From Geosiphon pyriformis uo1 (taxonomy: Eukaryota > Fungi > Glomeromycota), in NCBI GenBank assembly GCA_016748015.1, contig JAAOMT010000128.1, positions 317,538 through 381,537 of the forward strand: a stretch of 64,000 nt of DNA, read 5' to 3'. A program made the translations under genes and the position numbers. This document shows positions 1 to 10,054 of the stretch, piece by piece. Position 1 is the first letter of the stretch. Each line of letters starts with the position of its first letter. Under the pieces are notes generated by a model. The model saw only the letters and a program-made list of their open reading frames with translations. It searched no databases and had not been told where the DNA came from.

Positions 1-424
1 AAGTGAGTTGATTTTAAGGACTATTAAGTGTTGGGTTAGTTTGCTTAATAATTTTACTGTCAACAGTGTGATAATTTGCTCTCTACAGGAGGTTGAATTA
101 TCAAAACATTTATATATATTCTTGGCCAAGAGTTTTGTTTTGAAGATTTGGATGACTAATATGTTTATCTGCTAAATAATGATTCTGACAGTAAGTCTTT
201 GGTCATTGGTTTAGTCCAAAGCTTCACTAAGAGTCATAGATCTTTTATGTGACTGCTGACTACCAAGTTAAGAGTGCATTATAAGAAACATAGTTTTTTG
301 CCACATAATAAATTTGTGATACTGGTGGTACCTGATTTGGTTTTCTTGTAGTCTTCTGGTAAAATCTTTAATTTTGGTGTAATATTAAGTATTCACATAT
401 GTTTTAATTTACATTATTATCTGC

Positions 425-1300
425 TGTTATGGTTTAAGAATTTAGCAAAAAGAATCATAAAAATAATACAAACTATTCAATCATAATATAGCACAGTAAT
501 AATCTTAGAAAAGTAATGATTAACATAGTAGCAAACACTATCTTGCAATAGTAGCAAGCACCAGTTCATAATAGCAGTTAACACCAACTGGTGATAGCAG
601 CAAACACCAGATTGAAATATCAAAAAGAAAGTATTACAATGTGTTTTCTCGTAGAACTACAAACATGTATATATACAGTAGTTTTAATATTGGGAAAGAA
701 TCAATCAAGTAATAAAAATCATAACTTATTAAGCAATAGATCCAATTTTATCCAACAAACTCCACTTTAAATCATATTTTCAAATTAAATATTCCAAGAA
801 ACCTTTAAATCAAAAAAAAATGAAAAAGAATATTTAAAACTGAATTATCACAACCCAAAGTATTAAGAAACTTACTTGTATTATTTATTGAATAAAACTA
901 TCATTCATCAACTGAATCTCTTGGAAGAATAATCCTTGATCAAGATTATTCACGTTATTACTAATTGATAAAAGCTTTATTGTAAGAATTAGAAAAAGTG
1001 CTAAAGACCATTAACATTTTGTGTTTCTAGATTAGAGAAACACATCAGGCAATTGCAAGGATAGTTTCAGAAAAGATCTCAGACAGTGGGTAGATTTCAG
1101 TTCAGCCTTTGAGAAGGAGTACATAAACATACACAACAATCAAGAATTGAAGAATAACTTACATTACAACATTAAAAAGAAAGCCTTCAGTATAACAGTG
1201 ACATTATCACACAAATAGAATTGAGAAACTCATGAAAGACTGATTGCAATTAAAACGAGATATCAGCAATTAAATATAACAAGAAAACCATTCCATAACA
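425..1300 (+). repeat. Element A 5' LTR (876 bp)
   Basis: Near-identical to 9178-10054. TATATATA at about 668; short ATAGCAGCAAACACCA-type repeats at about 525-610. Confidence 0.97.
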
Positions 1301-1302
1301 TT

Positions 1303-1318
1303 TGGTGAACCCTACGAG
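1303..1318 (+). promoter_or_regulatory. Primer-binding site of A (TGGTGAACCCTACGAG), possibly tRNA-Trp
   Basis: Begins with TGG 2 nt after the LTR. The complement ...CTCGTAGGGTTCACCA resembles eukaryotic tRNA-Trp 3' ends; tRNA identity is recalled, not searched. Confidence 0.75.
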
Positions 1319-1382
1319 AAAAGAAAATCAAAAAGGAAATAATAATTAGCAATAATTCATTGCTAAAAAGGAAGAGACAAAA

Positions 1383-4300
1383 GTGGTGACAAAAACCTCT
1401 AATCTTACTGTTCTTGAATTCTGCCATGCTATTTACACACAAAATCAAAGTGATCTTGGATTACCAGAAGAGTGTTGTCCAGCAGAATCTGCCCTCACTT
1501 ATTATATCAACGCCAGAATAAATTATCATATAAGAAAGGAAGAAAAACCACATGATGCAAAACTTGGATTGTATAGAGAATTATCACAATACACTACAAA
1601 AGAAGTAGCAGTAATAGCCGCAACTATTGTCAAAATTCATCGAGAAATTGAGCAATATGCCAACAAAAATTTTCTAATATCCACAGGAAACACTAGGGAA
1701 CACGCCAACAAAACCAAAGAAAATTTAGAAACTAATCAGGAAAGTAACCAGCAAAAACTAGGAACACCAGCTTAAACACCAAAGAAAACTGTCACTCAAT
1801 CAATAAAAAAACAACGTATTTATTTACTAGAAGATAAATCATACCATTTTTTACCAGAAAATAAGATACAAATTCTATTAGGAGCTGCATCATCATCAAC
1901 ATCAACTCCACAAATGCCAAAAACTCCTAGTTATACTGATAAAATTAAACAACGTAACTGGGGAGACATACCAATTACAGAAGGATATTCATCACTATTC
2001 CAAAACTCTTTTTTTCAGCCAAAATTTAGAATGGGGTTTGAAAACCGTGAAGAAAAGTCTAAATTGGAATCCAAAAAAGAGACCAGCAAAAAAACAATCA
2101 CAAGACCAGTCACTAGAACAAGCAGCCAGTCCAGAAACCAAGAAACTTGTGATCAAGAAGAAGAACTGAATATAAGGGAAGCCACCTTTAGGAACACTTA
2201 AGGAAATATCATCCCACCTCTTCTTAGACCAATAAGCCCACCAGCAGAAAATGGCAACGAAATGACCACATCATACATTACAAGACTAACAGATTTCTCA
2301 GGAGAAAAAAAAAAACCGGACGTGCACACATAGCTCAGAGAAGCACAAAAAGCCATCCAGGCAAATAACTAGAACAACCAAAGAGCAATTCAAACATTAC
2401 CTTTCTTCCTGAAAGGCACAGCCAACTCGTGGTATCAAAGCCTGGAAACAAAACCCACAAGCTTCACCAAATTTAAAAATGCACTCCTGGAGTATTTTAG
2501 CGACCCAAATGCCATAATCCAACTACAGAACAAATTCAATACTATCAAGCAAAATAGCAGTGAAACTGTCACCCAATACCTTGCTCGATTTAATTGAATT
2601 CGTTGTCAGATTGAAGCAATTGAACAAAAATATTACACTGATCCTCAGGTTTTAAATCAGTTTATTAGAGAATTAAAAAGCAGCATTTTAGGAAGAGTAC
2701 ACCCTGTCCACCCTAATTCCTTACCAGAAACCATTATGCTTGCCAGAGCCCTTGAATCGGCTGAGAAAAAAGCTAACCATAGTCAAATGGTTAACATGGT
2801 AATAGAGGAAAATAAGACAGAAACATTAGAGAAAAGAGTAACGCAATTAGGGGAGGAACTCTCTAAGAAAATAGAAAGTTACCTCATCCCAGATCCGAGA
2901 AGAAATACATACCAACCACCCCAAAAACGCAGCCAGGAAGTCAGCGACAGTTGAAATAATTGCTCGTCATGCCAGGAATTCAGAACAAAAATGCATGCCT
3001 GCCATTTTTGCAAATGCATAGGACATTTGATTAGTCAATGTCGAACACGAATGATGCAGAAAGCACGTGAAAATAATTACTACATGCCACCCCAAATGCC
3101 CAGAAACTAGTACATGCCAATACCACGCCAATATCCCACCACATATCAAAATCAAGGAGCTTATCAGCAACAGTCCATGATAGCCAACCCAAATTGGCAT
3201 CCCAAGGCCTGAAATCAGCCTATGTGGAACCAGAATGTGTTGGTCCAGAGGAATCCAAACCACGCCAAAACCAATCAGCAAACCAATCCAAACTACCAAA
3301 ATTATCAACAAACTTATCTTAATATACCAGAAAATCTGATTATCAGAAATAATGATGGTAGAAACATAAACAGAACCAAGAATTCCTCCAACAAATTAAG
3401 CCAAACAATACCACCAGCAGTTGCCACCAAAGATAGCAGCCTCGCAGCTATTTTTTTTTTTGAATTAAAAGAAAACAAGGCTATGTTCAATGGAGCAGCA
3501 TTGGACAAAAAGTGCCCAATCACTGCTATGTATACGAAAGCCACTGTAAACAATACTCCAATCAAATTTATTTTAGACAGCGGATCCGCTGGAAGCATCG
3601 TAATGCTTCAACTAGTAAACCAACTGGGTTTCAAAGTTGATCATGCCACGACATCCCAAATCATAACAGCTGATGGAAGTACAAAGCTGCCTCATGGCAA
3701 AATCGACTCATTTCCTTTCGAAATTAACAGCATAGTAATACCTACAAAAGTATTAGTAATGGATGCTACACAATATCAAGCATTAGTAGAGAATGACTGG
3801 CTAACAAAAGCCAATGCCACCTTAGACTGGACCACCCAAGAGCTTCTAATCAATTATAATTGCCACCAGGCCAAAATTCCAGCCACCTGTGGCCACTTCC
3901 AAAAACCCAGCACCAACCAAAGACCTACCTTCGAATTTAAGGAAAATCCAACACTACCAGCCATTGAAACCTATCAGCTCTCTTGAGTTGATAACCAAAA
4001 AACAAGACTACCAGTCATACCAATGTGGACCAGCGAAGAAAGATCCGAATGGAACCAGGTAAGTTTATGAAAAAACCACCAGCAATACAGACCAAAACTA
4101 GAATGCTCAGTTTGTAAGAAGAAACTCTCGTCTATGACTGCGTGCAGCACACTAAATAAAGACCCAAGAAACCCCACCCACTACTATTGTAACCATTGTA
4201 ACAATGAAAAATACGGTTACCCAGAAAGACACGAAAAATAGAATGAGGAACTGTGCCTCACTTGTGGAGAACCGTTACCAAAAGGATGTGACTGGAACAA

Positions 4301-7085
4301 CATACCAGACAGAGGAGGAATGTGTGACACAACTTGCCAATACACAATCCTTATCTGTGACTGGGTAAAAGGAGGAATGCCATTCGAAGCAGCATTCAAC
4401 AGAGTGTTAAAAAGACTATAGCACTACCCACATGACGAGGACGAGTTGTACAACACCGCACAAGCCAAAGTAAGAGAAGGAACCGCCAAAGAAATACGAT
4501 GTTGAAAAGAGTCAGCTAAAGTAGCCAACAAAGTCGCCAGTTACAACATGTTCGACCCAGTAGACGAATTTCAGAACTACTACCAACAACTATGCCCCAC
4601 TTGACAAGAGCAAGAACAATACCTCGCCCAAATCAACACTTACTTCTGCAAAAACTGTCTTATCCCATGCCAAAATCAGTGTTGTGAAGAGTGTCAAGAC
4701 GAAAGGGGCTTAGAAAGAAAAATGGAAATTGAGAATCAGCAGTCTCAAAATCAATCAATAAATCAACAAGACTCATCTGACAGTCACAAGTCAGAAAAAT
4801 TTGTAGCTTATACCGACCTAGAACAGATGACTGACATCCGATATTTTGACAACGGGCACTTAGGAATAATACCCAAAAGAGCCTATCTAACCGATGCTGG
4901 ATTCGATCTACGTTATCTAGAAGACCAATCCACAATGTTACCATCCAAGAGCATCATCAAAATTGACCTAAAAACAGTAGTTGAAATTCCGCTAGGAATA
5001 ATGGTTCAAATAGCATCATGATCAAGCCTTGCAAAAAAAAGAATAAGCATTCAAGGAGGAGTAATTGATTCTGGATACACTGGAAATTTGCTACAAAACA
5101 ATTCAGAAAAGCCTTATACCATTGAATCTAAGGAAAAAATTGCACAAGCAATTTTCCTACCATTGGTAAAAATTGGGAAATTTGTGCCAGTAGAAAATCA
5201 TGAGGAATTGTCACAAACAACGAGAGAAACTTTTGGTTTCGGATTGACAGGAAAAGGAATTGAAGCGAATTTCGCTAAAACAATAGAGGAAAAAGGCAAA
5301 GTAATTAAAAATGAACAGCCCATTATGCTCCTACCATATGAAAAATCAGAAATAAGAATAAAAAGGACAATTAAAGAAAAAGACCTAATATTTGAGCCCT
5401 ACCCAGAAATCTGCCAACAGTTTCTTATAAGACTTACTAACTTTTTTATTCCAGCTGATAAAGCTCAATGGATAAAAATTTCTATTGCAAACACCACAGA
5501 AGAACCCGTCTATATTCCGGAAGATACCATCATTGGATACCTTGAAATGGAGCTAGAAAACATGTCAACACTACAAGAAATTCTAAATTTCTCAGAAATT
5601 GCCCTCTACTGTGAACTCACTTCAATAAATTGGCAACAACTGTTAGAATGCTATCAATTTACGCCAGAAGAATTGGCCAAATTAAACATTGGAACAATGG
5701 ATCCTGACCAACAGTAACAATTAAAAGCATTAATTTTAAAATACTCTGATATATTTTCATGAAATGGCAAATTTGGAAGAACCAACTTGGTTCAACACCA
5801 AATTCCCACTGGAGACATCAGATCTAAAAAACAATGCGCTTACTGTATCCCACCAATGGAGCATAATTTTATCAGAGAAGAAGTCCAAAGCATGTTGGAA
5901 AAAAGAATAATACAACCATCAATGAGCCCATGGTCCTCACCAGTTGTTTTAGTAAGGAAAAAGAACAGAAAAATTAGATTTTGTGTTGACTATCACAAAC
6001 TAAACAGCAAAACAACCAAAGACTCATACCCAATACCATTAATTGATGAAATCTTCGACATTTTTGGAGAAGCAAAATGGTTTTCTACACTGGACTTGAC
6101 CAGTGGGTACTGGCAAGTGGAAATGGACCCAAAGGACAGACATAAAACAGCATTCACAACACAAAATGGCAATTATGAGTTCAATGTAATGCCATTTGGA
6201 TTAACAAACACTCCCACAACATTTCAAAGACTAATGGATGTAATTTACTCCAGAATCCTGTGGCAATCCATTGTTGTCTACTTGGATGATACAAATGTTT
6301 TCTCGTCAAAATTCATGGATCATTTCCAATATTTACAACAAGTTTTTGAGAAATTGAGACATGCTGGACTTAAACTAAATCTAGAAAAATGTTTTTTTGG
6401 GAAAAATGAGCTAGCATTTTTAGGACACATAGTTGGAAAAGATGGAATAAAACCAGATCCATCAAAAATAGACAAAGTGAAAAATTTTCCAGTACCTTGA
6501 AATGTTTCAGAAGTTAGAAGCTTTTTAGGACTTGCATCTTACTACCGCCACTTTGTAGAAAACTTTTCAAACATCGCCAAATCTCTTAATTATCTATTAT
6601 CCAAAAATGTGAAGTTTGAATGGACTGAAGCACAACAAAAAGCTTTTGAGTACCTTAGACGAAAGCTCATTGAATCACCAATAATGATCTATCCAAATTT
6701 CAACAAGAAATTCATTTTGGCCACAGATGTCTCTGAAACTGGACTTGGAGCCATTCTGTCACAAAAAGATAATAATAAAAGAGAATGTGTAATTGCTTAT
6801 GCCAGCAGAAGTCTCAGTACGATAGAACAAAACTACGCAGCACATAAACTTGAATGCTTAGCAGTAGTCTGGAGTTGTGTTCACTTTGACACATATTTAT
6901 AGTACCAACCCTTTGAGATTATGACAGATTATAGAGGTCTGGTCTGGTTAAATAACAAGAAAGCACTAAAAGAAAAATACGTCAGATGGTCACAAATATT
7001 AGCACCATACAATTATATTATCAAATACAAAGAAGGTACCAAAAATGCTAATGCTAACTGTTTGTCAAGAATAAGACACACATAA
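1383..7085 (+). pseudogene. gag-pol: A ORF1 polyprotein: N-domain, capsid, CCHC, protease, Cys-rich region, dUTPase, dUTPase-like domain, RT, RNase H; many nonsense codons
   Basis: Fragments 1383, 1914, 2736, 3222, 4722, 5088, 5787 and 6609 all lie in one frame. Motifs: CHFCKCIGHLISQC, LDSGS, AGFDL/GVIDSGYTG/KIAQAIF, RFCVDY, MPFGL, YLDD, TDVS, ECLAVVW. The true start codon is uncertain. Confidence 0.93.
4860..5255 (+). pseudogene. dut: dUTPase domain in element A
   Basis: Motifs DAGFDL, IAS*SSLA (likely CGA>TGA), GVIDSGYTG, KIAQ and RETFGFGLTG match dUTPase motifs I-V. Confidence 0.93.
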
Positions 7086-7114
7086 AAATCACCAACCCAC
7101 CCGCCACAACAACA

Positions 7115-8411
7115 ATGAACAACCACCTTTATAAAAACCTTAGCCAATACTTGGAAACACTACAAATAGATGAAGAAATGCCAGTAAAAAAGCTAATTAA
7201 GCTCCAAAAATTAGCAAAACCCTATTTCATCCAAAATCACATACTTTATTACCGGAATCAACAAAATCCAGATAATCCATTAAGAGTTATAACCACGGAT
7301 GAAAAAGAAACTATCTTATTTAACATGCACTCAGATATTCATTCAGGCCACTTTGGAAAAACAGCAACCATCCAACGTGCAACTAGCTGTTACTATTGGC
7401 CAAAAATAAGTTCAGATATAATCCAATACATAAGAAATTGTGACCCATGCCAACAAAGAAAAGGAGCAAAAACAACGGAATTATTAAGACCAATAAAAGT
7501 TAGACAGCCATTTGACAGAATCAGAATTGATTTAGTTGGACCCTTACCAATAACAACAAGAAACAACTGTTATATTGCAGTAGCTATGAACTATCTCACC
7601 AAATGGCCAGAAGCTAGAGCTATTAAAACAGCTGATGCTATTTCCATAGCTCAATTCGTACATGAAGACTTAATTTGCTGACATGGATATTCACAAGAAT
7701 TGCTATCAGATTAAGGCACACACTTTGTAAACAGCACCTTAAAAGAACTTAGCCAAAAATTTGGAATCAAATGACTACTGTCATCACCATACCACCCTCA
7801 AACAAATGGATTAGTTGAAAGATTTAATCACACATTATGCAAATCACTGGCGAAAATTAGTAACAAACATGAAAAAGAATAGGATTTGTTCATACCAGCA
7901 GTACTACTAGTATATAGAACAGTAAAACAAGATACTACACAATTCACACCATTTGAACTAGTTTATGGAAGAAAAGCCACATTACCAGTTGAACTTACTA
8001 TCCCAACTTATCCAAGTAACACTATCACGGAAGCAACATTCCAGGAAACACTACTTAGAAGAACATACGAATTAATAAGAACTTTAGAAAACAAAAGAAA
8101 AAAAGCAGCACAAAATATTGAACAATCACAAGAACAACAAAAAGTGAGACATGATAACCAGTTACCAAATAATATAATTAGCTACAAAATTGGAGANNNN
8201 NNNNNNNNNNNNNNNNGCATACAAGCTAAGACTAGATGATAAAATATTAAGAAAAGCAGCACATGGTAACCGGCTGAAATTTTATTACAGTAAACCAGTA
8301 ATAACAACAAAAACACCCAGAATTGGAACACAATTACCTTTAATTCTACCAGAACAAATTCCACGAGATTTAGAACCAATAGTTTTAATTGAACATTATT
8401 CAAAAAGATAA
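7115..8411 (+). pseudogene. int: A integrase, separate ORF with its own ATG; contains an assembly gap
   Basis: HHCC (H-x6-H...CDPC), IDLVGP, YHPQTNGLVERFN, TPFELVYGR. Different frame from RNase H, which stops at 7083-7085. Confidence 0.92.
8197..8216. other. Assembly gap (20 N) in the integrase C-terminal domain
   Basis: Run of N. Comparison with the integrases of B and C suggests about 100 nt (the KWDGPF segment) are missing. Confidence 0.95.
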
Positions 8412-8495
8412 TTAATCTTAGATCACAGCAAAAATGATTTAACAACCATAAAAACGCATGCAAAAGATTCCAAAATAGCAGTCAAAATTAAAACA

Positions 8496-9164
8496 ATGAT
8501 ACTTATTCCAGAAAACATCAACAATATAACTCAACAATTAGTTGAAAGCTTACAACAATTAAAATCCGATCTGGAAATCACAGTTAATAGCTCCAAGATA
8601 ACATACATAAAAAGAACAATAGAAAATCCAAAAACAAGAAAAGAACATAATTTTGAACCATATAATATTGCCAAATATAACAACAAATTTATCAGCAAAG
8701 TTATTGAAAAATTAGAGATAGCATTGGGCAATACATTAATAATGGAAGAAATAGAAATAAGTGAATTAACACCAGACACATTTAGCAACTTGAAAACAAA
8801 ATTTCCAATTAATTACTATTATTATCAACTAGGAAAGCACTTAAACATACAAACATTATACTTAAAAGACTTAACTAGAGTGTTTAACAAAACAACTATC
8901 CAACTATTAGAACCTTTTATTGGAAAAACCAACACTACATTTTATTCAAAAACAGTTTACAGAATTTTCAAAGCATTTGAAAACTGTCACAAATTATTGT
9001 TGGACCCAACCATAAACATAATAACAACCAACAGTATTAGATGACTTACCAATTCGCAATTTCAAGAATTACAACAACAAATTAATAACACAGTATTGAA
9101 TCACTATAGTAACTTAAAATTTAATGAAGAAATTAACTTCGATTTCGACGGAGCTCAATCTTGA
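8496..9164 (+). pseudogene. A ORF3, unknown protein of about 222 aa (one internal TGA at 9042)
   Basis: Homologous to the ORFs at the same position in B, C, E and H. Ends FDFDGAQS* overlapping the PPT. Confidence 0.85.
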
Positions 9165-9177
9165 AAGGAGAGGATAA
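9163..9177 (+). promoter_or_regulatory. Polypurine tract of A
   Basis: GAAAGGAGAGGATAA immediately before the 3' LTR. Confidence 0.9.
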
Positions 9178-10054
9178 TGTTACAGTTTAAGAATTTAGCA
9201 AAAAGAATCATAAAAATAATACAAACTATTCAATCATAATATAGCACAGTAATAATCTTAGAAAAGTAATGATTAACATAGTAGCAAACACTATCTTGCA
9301 ATAGTAGCAAGCACCAGTTCATAATAGCAGTTAACACCAACTGGTGATAGCAGCAAACACCAGATTGAAATATCAAAAAGAAAGTATTACAATGTGTTTT
9401 CTCGTAGAACTACAAACATGTATATATACAGTAGTTTTAATATTGGGAAAAAAAACAATCAAGTAATAAAAATCATAACTTATCAAGCAATAGATCCAAT
9501 TTTATCCAACAAACTCCACTTTAAATCATATTTTCAAATTAAATATTCCAAGAAACCTTTAAATCAAAAAAAAATGAAAAAGAATATTTAAAACTGAATT
9601 ATTATAACTCAAAGTATTAAGAAACTTACTTGTATTATTTATTGAATGAAACTATCATTCATCAACTGAATCTCTTGGAAGAATAATCCTTGATCAAGAT
9701 TATTCACGTTATTACTAATTGATAAAAGCTTTATTGTAAGAATTAGAAAAAGTGCTAAAGACCATTAACATTTTGTGTTTCTAGATTAGAGAAACATATT
9801 AGGCAATTGCAAGAATAGCCTCAGAGAAGACCCCAAACAGTGGGTAGATTTCAGTTCAGCCTTTGAGAAGGAGTACATAAACACACACAACAATCAGGAA
9901 TTGAAGAATAACTTACATCGCAACATTAAAAAGAAAGCCTTTAGTATAACAGTGACATTATCACACAAATAGAATTGAGGAACTCACGAAAGACTAATTG
10001 CAATTAAAACGAGATATCAGCAATTAAATATAACAAGAAAACCATTCCATAACA
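9178..10054 (+). repeat. Element A 3' LTR
   Basis: Direct repeat of 425-1300, followed by TSD CTGC. Confidence 0.97.

Larger units (their letters stand above)
425..10054 (+). mobile_element. Element A: full-length Ty3/Gypsy-type LTR retrotransposon carrying dUTPase (inactivated)
   Basis: Paired LTRs TGTTA...TAACA; 4-bp TSD CTGC (421-424 / 10055-10058); PBS; PPT; domain order PR-RT-RH-IN. Confidence 0.97.

Noticed and set aside
927-951. Hairpin as U1 snRNA stem-loop I, a SECIS element or a hammerhead ribozyme
   Set aside because: GATCA[AC]G resembles the U1-70K loop, but the register differs and no other U1 features are present. No SECIS core geometry or CUGANGA/GAAA core.
1036-1219. Open frame of about 60 codons in both A LTRs after a TTTCTAG acceptor-like site
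   Set aside because: No ATG and no protein similarity to open frames in the B or C LTRs. Being open in two near-identical LTRs is not independent evidence.
1383-7085. Alternative genetic code or programmed readthrough explaining the many stops
   Set aside because: Stop positions differ between copies and fall at Trp, Gln and Arg codons, so they are mutational. Only the stop after RNase H is conserved.
8182-8239. Frameshift in the A integrase
   Set aside because: Caused by the fixed-length 20-N gap.
8496-9164. ORF3 as env
   Set aside because: No signal peptide, furin site or transmembrane anchor is visible.
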